NCBI GenBank assembly: GCA_030390025.1
Contig: CM059432.1
Location: 152,088,001-152,152,000, forward strand
Reading direction: 5' to 3'
Length of the DNA: 64,000 bases
Source of the DNA: Squalus acanthias
Taxonomy: Eukaryota
The notes below the pieces were generated by a model. The model did not search any database and had not been told where the DNA came from. It saw nothing but the letters and a program-made list of their open reading frames with translations. Positions 36,901-48,900 of this stretch are shown here, one piece after another (position 1 is the stretch's first letter; every line of letters begins with the position of its first letter). A program made the translations under genes and the position numbers.

Positions 36901-39900
36901 GGGTTGAATTTGTCCTGCTTTTTGTGGACAAGACATACCTGGGCAGTTTTCCACATTGTCGGATAGATGCCAGTGTTGTAGCTGTACTGGAACAGCTTGG
37001 CAAGAGGCGCGGCTAGTTCTGGAGCACAAGTCTTCAGCACGATAGCCGGGATGTTGTAGGGGCCCAGGTCCATAGCCTTTGCTGTATCCAGTGCGCTGAG
37101 CCGTTTCTTGATATCACGAGTGAATCGAATTGGCTGAAGACTGGCTTCTGTGATGGTGGGGACCTCGGGAGTAGGCTGATATGGATCATCCACTCGGCAC
37201 TTCTGGCTGAAGTTGGTTGCAAACACTTCAGCCTTGTCTTTAGCACTCATATGCTGGGCTCCACCATCATTGAGGATGGGATATCCTTGGAGCCTCCTCC
37301 TCCCGTTAGTTGTTTAATGGTCCACCTCCATTCACGACTGGATGTGGCAGGACTGCAGAGCTTTGATCTGATCCGTTGATTGTGAGATTGCTTAGCCCTG
37401 TCTATAGCATGCTGCTTCTGCTTGTTAGCATGCATGTAGTCCTGTGTTGCAGCTTCCCCAGGTTGGCACCTCATTTTTAGGTACGCCTGGTGCTGCTCCT
37501 GGCATGCTCTTCTACACTCCTTGTTGAACCAGGGTTCCTCTGTGACTGGGAGGTGATATGATGGTTGTCTGAAGTGTAGCGGTTGGGATTAAATAATGAG
37601 TGGATGCATATTCTGCAATTTTGATTACATTTGACGATCCGGAAGTATGTTGGGAATTGGGTGGATAGCATTTCTGATGGGTTAGATTGTAGATGGTCTG
37701 TGATAGGAATGGATTTGATGGGCTGAATATGCTTGCTCTGTGCTTTCTCGTGTGTTTCCTGTTAATTAAAAAAAAACTACGTGGTTGTACTTGATCTTTA
37801 AATCTATGGACACAAAAGTAGCATGCCAGAATTTAGCTATGCCATAAATAGAGCCTTAGTGCTCACTGATTCTAAAGCTGTGGAATCTGCCTCAACATTT
37901 TCCCGGTTGCAGAATTATTTCCTAGCTTTTTATTTGTGCCCAGCTGGGTACAGCAGTATAGTGGTTATGTTATTGGACTAGTAATCCAGATGCCTACATT
38001 AATAATCCCTAGAACGTGTGTTCAAATCTCATCATGGCAGTTTGAGAATTTGAATTCTGTTTTTTAAAAAAAATATGGAAATAAAAAGCTAGTATTCGTA
38101 AAAGAGACCACGAAGCTGCCGATTGTTGTAAAAATCCAACTGGTTCACTAATTTCCTTTTTAGGGAAGGAAATTGGCTGTTCTTACTCAGTCTGGCTTAT
38201 ATGTGACTCCAGTCCCACACGAACGTGGTTGTCTGTTAACTGCCATTTGAAGTGGCCTAACAAGCCACTTAGTTGTACCAAAAAAAAAACTGCACCACCT
38301 TTCCAAAGGCAACTAGGTTTGGGCAATAAATACTGACCTTGCCAGTGATGCCCCATTCCGAGAATTAAAATCCCCCCCCCCCCAGTTTAATTGTATTGAA
38401 ATTAATACCGTATGTTCTAAATCTGAATAATGTCTGCTGACACCAGTTTTCTAACCCCATTGGTTTACAGATTGTTAACCTGTATGCATATTGTTTGTTG
38501 TACCATTTCATCCCTTGCACATTTCTTAACACCATTGTGCTCTGCTCCTTAATCCGATAGCTTTACAAAAGCTATGAATCTGACCTCTTGTGCTTTGTTC
38601 AGCTTTTGCATTTCAAATGCTTAAAAGTGCCAGAATTAACAATCTCCTAGTGTAGTAAGCAGCAATTTTTACTGTAACATTACATGAATGTGTTTCTCCC
38701 AGTGTTGTAATGTGCTGGTGAGCATAAGTAACACCACCAGCTGATTCCATCATCAGAAAGTACTGGGCTCATGGCTCTTTAAACGGACTGGGGATGCAAT
38801 GTTGTAATAAATTCTAATTTGAAATGGGGAAAATTTGAATAGCATTTCTAATATTTTGATCACTGGGAGATATAGTTCTAAATGCTGGTATGTCAAACAG
38901 AAATAGCCACCAGTTTAGTTAGCTGTCACTTAACACCTAACCATCTCACCTTTCTGGGCAAAAAGTGAGCTGAGACAGCTAGTGTTATGTAACATAAAGT
39001 AACGTTCTTTTAAAAATTAAAATAACAGAAAATTGTAAACAAATAGCACTGTGTTTTATATGGTATTTTAAAATATTAAAGGGATATTTTTAGAATATTT
39101 TTCTCCAACACAGGAGTAATTTGCTATAGAAATTGGTTGGGCTTGTCACAGAAATTGCCCTTGTGGTGCTGCAGAATTCTTGGAGCACTGACTGTAAAGT
39201 TGAATGAAATATCACCCTTTATACATATAACTTTTTTCCCCTTCTCCAGCAACTGTGCCCAACAGCTACAATACAGGAGGCTCAACAATGGTTGCACAAG
39301 AATAGATTCTCAACATACGCGAGATTATTTTCAAACTTCTCAGGTACTGATTGCTGTTCTTTCTCTTCCACAAAATGTAGTTTGCCAATATTAAGTGATA
39401 ACAGGTAGTATAACTAATCTGTTAAATAGGATTTTACGGCAATTCTGGAGCAATATTAGGATGCAGAATTGAGTTCCCATTCTTAAATGTGTTGCTTTGG
39501 AAATCCTGAATGGATGTCCTTTCTCTCGGCAGGGCAGGTTGGGTCAAAAAAAACCTGCATGATTTCTTGCAGTTGGCTCAGCATAGCGGAGAGCAGTTAG
39601 CCTGCCTTCTTAACAATATGGTGTGTGAATCTTGATGGTACTAAGGGATTGGAGGAGAGTGGGGAAAAAAATCTGCTAGGACCAATTCTCTTAGAACTAC
39701 CAAACATCCAAATAATAACCATGAAGCCCCAAGTAAATTATTCATGTCCAAGTCAAAACATTGAAGTAATTGCTGTGGTTATCTTGAGCTGTTCTATGAT
39801 CCCATTTCATTCTGCCAGTTAAGTATGGCTCATCTAATTGTTCCCCATGAAGGCTTCATAACTCATTTGGTATTTATGACTGCTGCTTTCACAGGTTCTG

Positions 39901-42900
39901 ATTTACTAAAGTTGACGCGAGATGATCTCGTCCAGATCTGTGGCTCAGCTGATGGGATTAGATTGTTCAATGCACTTAAAGCAAGGTAACGTTTCAGAAA
40001 CCAATTAAAATGACTCGCTCATCCTTTGTTTAAATCAGGGGTGTCAAACTCAGTTTATATGGTGGGCTTGATCTGACATCCTGGCACTTGGAGAGGGCCA
40101 CATTCAGCAAAAGTTATTTGGACACACTGGGGCAGAAATTGGTATGTGTTTTGCCTGATTTTGTAGCATAAAATGGGTGCATTGTGTATCAATTTCTGGG
40201 CATGAGGTCCTGCATCAGTGGCGTGGCTGCCGTCATATTGGTCCTCACTGTTTTTAGGTGTACCTGGCGGCTGCCTGAAATCAGCGTTGGATCAATTTAA
40301 ATCTAAAGAAGGATCCTGTGCCTGTTTCAGGACCTTTCTGCAAAATGCTGAACATCTAGATGGAGCATGCACCGTGCAAGCTGTGAGTAGTTTTTCCAGT
40401 TCTACAGCGGTCCTTAAAGGAACTGCTGAAGAAATGGTGAGGCAGGTATTTGTTACATCTCATCTGTGAAGCATGGAGGAGGAACAATGCTCCTCCCAAC
40501 TCCACAGTACTAATGTGGGTCCCTGGCAAGCTACACTGTCTCCTGCATCTCACTCCATTGGAGCATGCGATTTGGGCATACAGCTCCCCGAGTGCAGTGA
40601 GAATCCGCAGTCTCGGTACCCTTGTTCTCCAGTTGCCCACCAGTGGAAAAAATCTTTTATTATTTATCCACAGTAAGGTCCCCAAGTTTCACTCATCTCT
40701 TTACTGGTTGCTCCTCTCTTGGCACTGTCCCCACTCACCATGTTGCTGGTGCTGCTCCCAACTCTACAGGAAAAGCGGAGCCCCACGCCCAGCACATTTC
40801 CAATTCCATCTCCCCATGCGTCAATCCCCCACAACTCCCAGTTCCCTTTCTTTCCTCTTTGCAATGATAATTTTTGTTGTAAGGGTTGTTGGGTATATTT
40901 TGAATCAGTAACTTTTTAATTGTGCGGCATAAGTGGTTTATGTACTTTCATGAGTAAATCCTCTTCCCTAATTTAGCTTCTGTTTCCTTTTAACTGAATC
41001 GTTCTTTCCATCCCTCTTCCATCTGTTATGCAGTTGCTCACTATCCTAAAGAGAAAGTTTAGCTATTTTTCCCCACTTTTTTCCCTCCAACTTTGATCTT
41101 GATCTTTGAGCCTCTTTCCATTGTTCCATTATGACTGACAAACTACTTTATCCCCATTGAGTCTTCCTGGTCTTGATATCGTTCCCGTCATCCACACTGC
41201 CTTTGAGCTTACCTCGTCTTATGGCATTCTTGTAAATTTGCTCATGTGCACCATTAATACGTCTTTGTGGCTCCACCTTTAGACCATCATTTACAGTATA
41301 ATAATTCTAAATAGTTTTTTGCACCAGAAAATTTGGAATAGCCAGTAATTTGAATTAAGCAACTGGAATAAAAATGCATTGGAAGATTTTTTTAGTGCAA
41401 TTCGAATTATCGTGTTATTCGGATTAAAAGACTTTGAATTATCTGGAATAGACTGTATTGACATTCTTGGCCTCAGTACCTCATCTGAAACTCCACATCT
41501 CCTCTGTTGGTAAAACTGCCTCCAACACTCCTATTTTGTGCCAAATGCTTTTCTGCTCAGATCGTCACTCTTTATAAAGGACAAGTCTGTCCTAATCATG
41601 ATCACTATCCTCATCGAGAAGGGCTCATCTAATACCTCTCTTACACTTCTGGCAGAATACAAGAAAATCTCGTCATCTGTTAAGTTGGAGGCTAGATGTG
41701 AGCGAGTGAACACCCATCTCGCATCTTTCCTTGTTTTATCAATACCACAGTGTCAGAGCTCTTAACTTTCCTTCTAATAAGAACATAAGAAATAGGAGCA
41801 GGAGTAGGCCATTCGGCCCCTCGAGCCTGCTCCGCCATTCAATAAGATCATGGCTGATCTGATCTTGGCCTCAACTCCACTTCCCTGCCCGCTCCCCATA
41901 ACCCTTGATTCCCCTGATTTTCAAAAATCTGCCTATCTCCGCCTTGAATATATTCAATGACTCAGCCTCCACAGCTCTCTGGGGTAGAGAATTCCAAAGA
42001 TTCACGACCCTCTGAGAGAAGAAATTCCTCCTCATCTCCGTTTTAAATGGGTGACCCCGTATTCTGAAACTATGCCCCCGAGTTCTAGATTCCCCCACGA
42101 GGGGAAACATCCTCCCTGCATCTACCCTGTCAAGCCCCATCAGAATCTTATATGTTTCAGTAAGATCACCCCTCATTCTTCTAAACTCCAATGAGTATAG
42201 GCCCTACCTGCTCAACCTTTCCTCATAAGACAACCCCTTCAACTCAGGAATCAACCTAGTGAACCTTCTCTGAACTGCTGCCAATGCAAGTATATCCTTC
42301 CTAAAATCTGTTCAAGAATCATTGCTTGTTTCCTATTTCAACTCACTTTTTCCCAGGATCTAAAAATTATGGAGCTCCTTAGCATCCTTGGTCTTTTATT
42401 CCTCATAAAATCTTCAAGCTTTTAAAGCGTTTTTTTTACCTCCTCGTTGCTACTTCCTGATGTACCTTGTCTTTTTACTCCTTTCAATTTTAGTGTGTCA
42501 TGCACTACCCCTTTCTCTTGGCTTTTTTTAATCCAAAAAAGTAGCTGCGACAAAGCATTTGTGGCATAGAGCCTCAGTGCACCCGTGTTGTGGTAACGGA
42601 GTGGGTAAGGATTTGATTCCATCAGTCTACCGAGGCTTAATTACAACAATCATGTTATGAATATAAACTTAGTGGAGTCTAGATACCATCCCCATGGAGA
42701 AAGGATAGTTGGTCATCTGGCCATGGTTGCTTGTCTTCAAATAGCTGTTGGACATTGGGTAAAGGTGTGGAAATAAGTCAGCTACAGAAGCTGTATGGCC
42801 TGTTCATGTATACATGAAGAAAGATAAAAGGGAAACAGGCCTGTTTCCTCATTTTAAAAGAAAAAGGTTTCTCAGAATGCGTAATTGAAAATAAGATGCA

Positions 42901-45900
42901 AAGCCACAGTAATTGTAAGCCTATCAACTGATCATTTCAACAAGAACTGTCTTGACGTAACATACTCTCTTCAGGCTAACACCATCTTGTTACCTAATGC
43001 AGATCTGTTAGACCGAGGTTAACCATCTATGTCTGTCAAGAATCACAGCATGCAAGAAGTGTTTCACAGCTGGCTAGCTCAAAAGATAATGAAAATGGCG
43101 AGGGAGACAGTCGTGCAATATATGGTAAGCATTTTTGTGTAGCTTTTCTGAAAAGTTCTTAGAGATTACTTAGACATGTTCCTCATCTTTGACCGTAGGT
43201 CTGTGCATAATGTGGGGTTAATGTTGTTACAGTAAATGGGAAACTGACTGCCCCTTTAGGCATCAGTGTTGGAATATCTCTAGTCCATTTTGCAGGATTA
43301 AATCCTGTCCAATAGCTTTCAACTGATTCACCTATCTCAGTGCCACACCAACTCAGTGCTGTGTTGGCTGGAATCATGCTAACAGTAACGTTTTCTGGCA
43401 GGAGCAGAACATCGGTTCATCTAGTCTACCTAACAGCACTGTGGGAGTACCTTCACCACACGGACTGCAGCGGTTCAAGAAGGCGGCTCACCACCACCTT
43501 CTCGAGGGCAATTAGGGATGGGCAATAAAGACTGGCCTTGCCAGCGGCGCCCACATCCCATTTAAAAAAAAAAACGAATTTAAAAAAAAAATGTGCAAGG
43601 CTGATTAAGCCCTAAATTTTATTTCTGTTGGGGAATGGCTCCACAATGCATTTTGAGTGCCCGAACAGTGCTCTTTGAATCAATGTATACAATGGGTGCT
43701 CTATGAGAACAAAAGAATTAGGAGGAGGAGTAGGCCACGTGGCCCCTCGAAACTGCTCCACCATTCAATAAGATCACGGCTGAACTTCGACCTCAACTCC
43801 ACTTTCTCGCCCGATCCCCATATCCCTTGATTCCCCTAGAGTTCAAAAATCTATCTCTCCGCCTTGAATATACTCAACGATTCAGCATCCACTGCCCTTT
43901 GGGGCAGAGAATTCCAAAGATTCACAACCTTCTCAGTGAAGAAATTCTTCCTCATCTCAGTCTTAAATGGCCAACCCCTTATCGTGAGACGATGCCCCCT
44001 AGTTCTAGACACTCCTGCCAGGGTAAATAACCTCTCTGCACCTACCCTGTCAATCCCCCTTAGAATCTTGCATGTTTCAATTGGCTCACCTCTCATTCTT
44101 CTAAACTCCAGAGAGTATCGGCCCAATCTACTCAATCTTTCCTCATAGGAGAACCCGCTCATCCCAGGAATCAATCTAGCGAACCTTCGTTACACCACCT
44201 CTAAAGTAAGTATATCCTTCTTCAGATAAGGAGACCAAAACTGTGCGCAGTACCCCAGGTGTGGTCTCACCAAGGCCCTGTACAATTGTAGTAAGACTTC
44301 CTTACTTTTGTACTCCAACCCCCTTACAATAAAGGCCAACATGCCATTTGCCTTCCTAATTGCTTGCTGTACCTGCATTCTAAGTTTCCTGTACGAGGAC
44401 ACCTAAATCTCTCTGAACAGCAACATTTAATAGTTGCTCACCATTTAAAAAATATTGTTTTTGTATTCTTCCTACCAAAGTGAATAACTTCACATTTCCC
44501 CACATTATGTTCCATCTGCCACCTTATTGCCCACTCATTTAACCTGTCTATATCTCATAGATACATAGATACATAGAAGATAGGAGCAGGAGTAGGCCAT
44601 CCGGCCCTTCGAGCCTGCTCCGCCATTTAATGAGATCATGGCTGATCCTCCAATTCAGTATCCCGTCCCCGCCTTCTCTCCGTAACCCTTAACCCCTTTT
44701 GCCTGTAGAAATATATCTAATTCCCTCTTAAATATATTTAATGAGCTGGCGTACACTGCCCTCTGTGGCAATGAGTTCCACAGGTTCACCACCCTCTGAG
44801 TGAAGAAATTCCCCCTCATTTCTGTCCTAAATGGTTTAGCCCTTATCCTTAAATTATGTCCTCTAGTTCTGTTCTCACCCGCCAAGGGAAACATTCCTTC
44901 TGCATCTAGTCTGTCTAGACCTGTCTCTTTGCAGGCTCTTTGTGTCCTCCTCACAGCTTACTTTCCCACCATTTTTGTATCATCAGCTAACTTTGATGCA
45001 TTGCACTCAGTTCCCTCATTTAAGTCATTGATATAGATTGTAAATAGCTGAGGCCCAAACACTGATCCTTGTGGCATCCCACTAGTTACAGCCTGCCCAC
45101 CTGAAAATGACCCATTTGTCCCTACTCGCTGTTTTCTGTCCGTTAACCAATCCTCTATCCATGCTAATATATTACCCCCAACTCCATGAGCCCTTATCTT
45201 GCGTAGCAACCTTTTATGTGGCACCTTATTGAATGCTTTTTGGAAATCCAAATATACTACATCCATGGGTTCCCCTTTATCTAACCTGCTAGTTACATCC
45301 TCAAAAAAACTAATAAATTTGTCAAACATGATTTCCCTTTCATAAAACCATGTTGACTCTGCCTAATCATATGATTTTTTAAGTGCCCTGTTTACCACTT
45401 CCTTAATAATCGATTTCAGCATTTTCCTGACAACTGATGTCCGGCTAACAGGCCTGTAGTTCCCTGTTTCCTCTCTTCTTTCTTGAATAGCGGGGTTACA
45501 TTTGCTACTTTCCAATCCGCTGGGACCATTCTAAAATCTAGAGAACCTTTTCCAAAACCTTGCCTCCTTTGCCTTAAAGGGGATTGTGTTTTTCTCACTT
45601 CCTGTAAGTAGCTGTTTAGTTTCCACTGATTTCAGGGCAGTTTCGCTGTTTCCCTGCTATGGCTGAAAGGGACTTGCTGTCAACTTCTTAAAACTGCACT
45701 CTATCTTACCCATTTCCCCAAGGATATTTCATTGAGTGCTGCCTATATGAATATACCTCTGGGCATTCCACTGCAATTTCTGGAGGAGGGTCAGTGGAAA
45801 AATACTAGATAGATGCGTTTGCACATCCGATAATCAATAAGGGCCTGATATTACATCAGCACCTGTGTATGGAAGACCAGGCAGCCATACCTGGATATGT

Positions 45901-48900
45901 TCAAAGATATCTACATGTGGAGACAATGATTTTCGAAGGAGGCTATCACAGAATTGTGCATATTCCTGCAGCAAGACCTGGGAACCGTTTCCAGGACAGG
46001 TGGTCATGAATATAACAGTTATGTTGAACTTTTATGCTACTCGCTCATTCCATGCACCCGTTGGAGATTTCGGTCACATCTCTCAACTTTCAGTGCACGC
46101 TTCCATCATGCAGGTCACTAAGGGTATTTTTTGCTAGAGCCAATGAGTTTATCAGTTTTCCTTTGGAAAGCAGACTGCCTCATTGTGTGGCAGGATTCCT
46201 CAGAAAACAGGGCATTGTTCGCTGCGTTTGTGGTCATATGTGCCCGCACCCCTAATGCTGCTCCGTTCGTGAACAGGGAGGGCTACCGTTCCAGGAATGC
46301 ATGACTGGTCAGCAACCATAAGAATAGAAAAAATAATGTAAATACCCTTTACCCTGGCAGTTGCTATGATTTCTTCGTCTTACGGCAGACCATGATTGCA
46401 TGCTTATTTGAAGGGGCATGAAAGTTGGATGGATGGCTGCTGGCAAATTGAGGATATATGCTGGAACTGTGGCTGATGACACTACTGCAAAACCCAAGGA
46501 CAAGGGACGAAGAGCTGTGCAGTACAACACACACCTCTACCAAGGTTTTAGTGGAGCCTACCAGGGTCTTAGTGGAGCACATCATCAGTATCTTATAGGT
46601 GTGATTCAGGTGCCTGGACAGATTGTGGGAGAGCGACACTGCACTCTGGCCAAGGTGTCCAAGATTATTGCAGATTATTATGTCTTGCATAACTTGGCCC
46701 CACAAATGGGCATAGCCATGCAGTAGGCAGAAGAAAAAGAGAAGTAAGAACCAGAGGCAGACGACGACTCTGACGTGGCTTGTCTGCAGAATTAGCAGTC
46801 ACTCAGCAAGGGTCACCAGGCAGGCTATAGTAGACCACTCATTTAGTTAAATGCCTGAAACATCCAATGCACAAATTACCTGCATATAGGCTCAATACCC
46901 TTGCCAAATAAAGCATTATTTCCTTTAACTGTATATCAAGACCCATGAATACTGCAGCATTTCTCCCCAACTATTTTAATCTGGCTCATACCAAAAGAAT
47001 TGGCATGACACATTCCAGTATCAGTCATCCCAACTTATTAACTCTTGCATTGTGTTTCCACTGGGTCTTGTCCCAGTGTTTTCCCTTCGTAAAAGTGTCT
47101 ATGTCTTCTAAGAACATAAGAAATAGGATCAGGAGTAGGCCATTTGGCCCCTCGAGCCTGCTCCGCCATTTAATGAGATCATGGCTGATCTGATCTTGGG
47201 CTCAACTCCATTTCCCTGCCCGCTCCCCATAACCCTTCACTCCCTTATTGTTAAAAAAAAAAAAATCTGTCTATCTCCACCTTAAATATATTCAATGACC
47301 CAGCCTCCACAGCTCTCTGGGACAGAGAATTCCACAGATTTACGACCCTCTGAGAGAAGAAATTCCTTCTCATCTCAGTTTTAAATGGGCGACCCCTTAT
47401 TCTGAAACTATGCCCCCTAGTTCTAGATTCCCCCATGAGGGGAAACTTCTTCTCTGCATCTGCCTTGTCAAGCCCCCTCAGTATCTTTTATGTTTCAATA
47501 AGATCACCTCTCATTCTTCTAAATTCCAATGAGTATCGGCCCAACCTGCTCAACCTTTCTTCATAAGTCAACCCCTTCATCTCAGGAATCAACCTCGTGA
47601 ACCTTCTCTGAACTGCCTCCAATGCAAGTATATCCTTCCTTAAATAAGGAGACCAAAACTGTACGCAGTACTCAAGGTGTGGTCTCACCAATACCCTGTA
47701 CAGTTGTAGCAGGACTTCCCTGCTTTTATACTCCAACCCCCTTGCAATAAAGGCCAACATTCCATTTGCCTTTTTGATTACTTGCTGTACTTGCATGCCA
47801 ACTTTTTGTGTTTCATGCACAAGGACCCCCAGGTCTTTCTGTACTGCAGCATTTTGTAATCTCTCTCTATTTAAATAATTTGCTTTTTTATTTTTCTTAC
47901 CAAAGTGGATAACCTCACACTTTCCCACATTATACTCCATCTGCCAAATGTTTGCCCACTCACTTAACCTGTCTATTTCCCTTTGCAGATTCTTTGTGTC
48001 CTCTTCACAACTTGCTTTCCCACCTATCTTTGTATCATCAGCAAATTTGGCTACATTACACTCGGTCCCTTCATCCAAGTCTAATATAGATTGTAAATAG
48101 TTGAGGCCCCAGCACTGATCCCTGTGGCACCCCACTAGTTACTGTTTGCCAACCTGAAAATGACCCATTTATCCCAACTCTCTGTTTTCTGTTAGTTAGC
48201 CAATCCTCTATCAATGCTAATATATTACCCCCAACCCCGTGAGCTCTTATCTTGTGCAGTAACCTTTTATGTGGCACCTTATCGCATGCCTTCTGGAAAT
48301 CCAAATTACCACATCCACTGGTTCCCCTTTATCCACCCTGCTCGTTACATCCTCAAAGAACTCCAGCAAATTTGTCAAACATGATTTCCCTTTCATAAAA
48401 CCATGCTGACTCTGCTTGACTGGAGTATGATTTTCTAAATGTCCTGCTACTGCTTCCTTAATAATGGACTCCAGCATTTTCCCAATGACAGATATTAGGC
48501 TAACTGGTCTATAGTTTCCTGCTTTCTGTCTCCCTCCCTTCTTAAATAGGGGTGTTACATTTGCGGTTTTCCAATCCGCTGGGACCTCTCCAGAATCCAG
48601 GGAATTTTGGTAGATTACAACCAATGCATCCACTATCTCTGCAGCCACTTCTTTTAAGACCCTAGGATGCAGGCCATCAGGTCCAGGGGACTTGTCCACC
48701 TTTAGTCCCATTATTTTACCGAGTACTTTTTCTTTAGTGATAGTGATTGTTTTAAGTTCCCCCCTCCCTATAGCCCCTTGATTATGTATTATGGGGATGG
48801 TTTTAGTGTCTTCTACCATGAAGACTGATACAAAATATTTGTTCAAAGTCTCTGCCATTTCCCTGTTCCCCATTATTAATTCCCCAGTCACATTCTGCTT

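Noticed and set aside
40128..40911. 153-aa ORF and a MITE-like left end (ggggcagaaattgg)
   Set aside because: No matching right TIR or recognisable domain; it contains only a possible old CR1 scrap ([10 protein letters not shown]). Similar lone ends near 26605 and 51058 were also left uncalled.
45790..46770. Host HARBI1 gene nested in the intron
   Set aside because: Multiple stops, frameshifts and a small tandem duplication (about 46537..46579) indicate a decayed transposon, not the domesticated gene.
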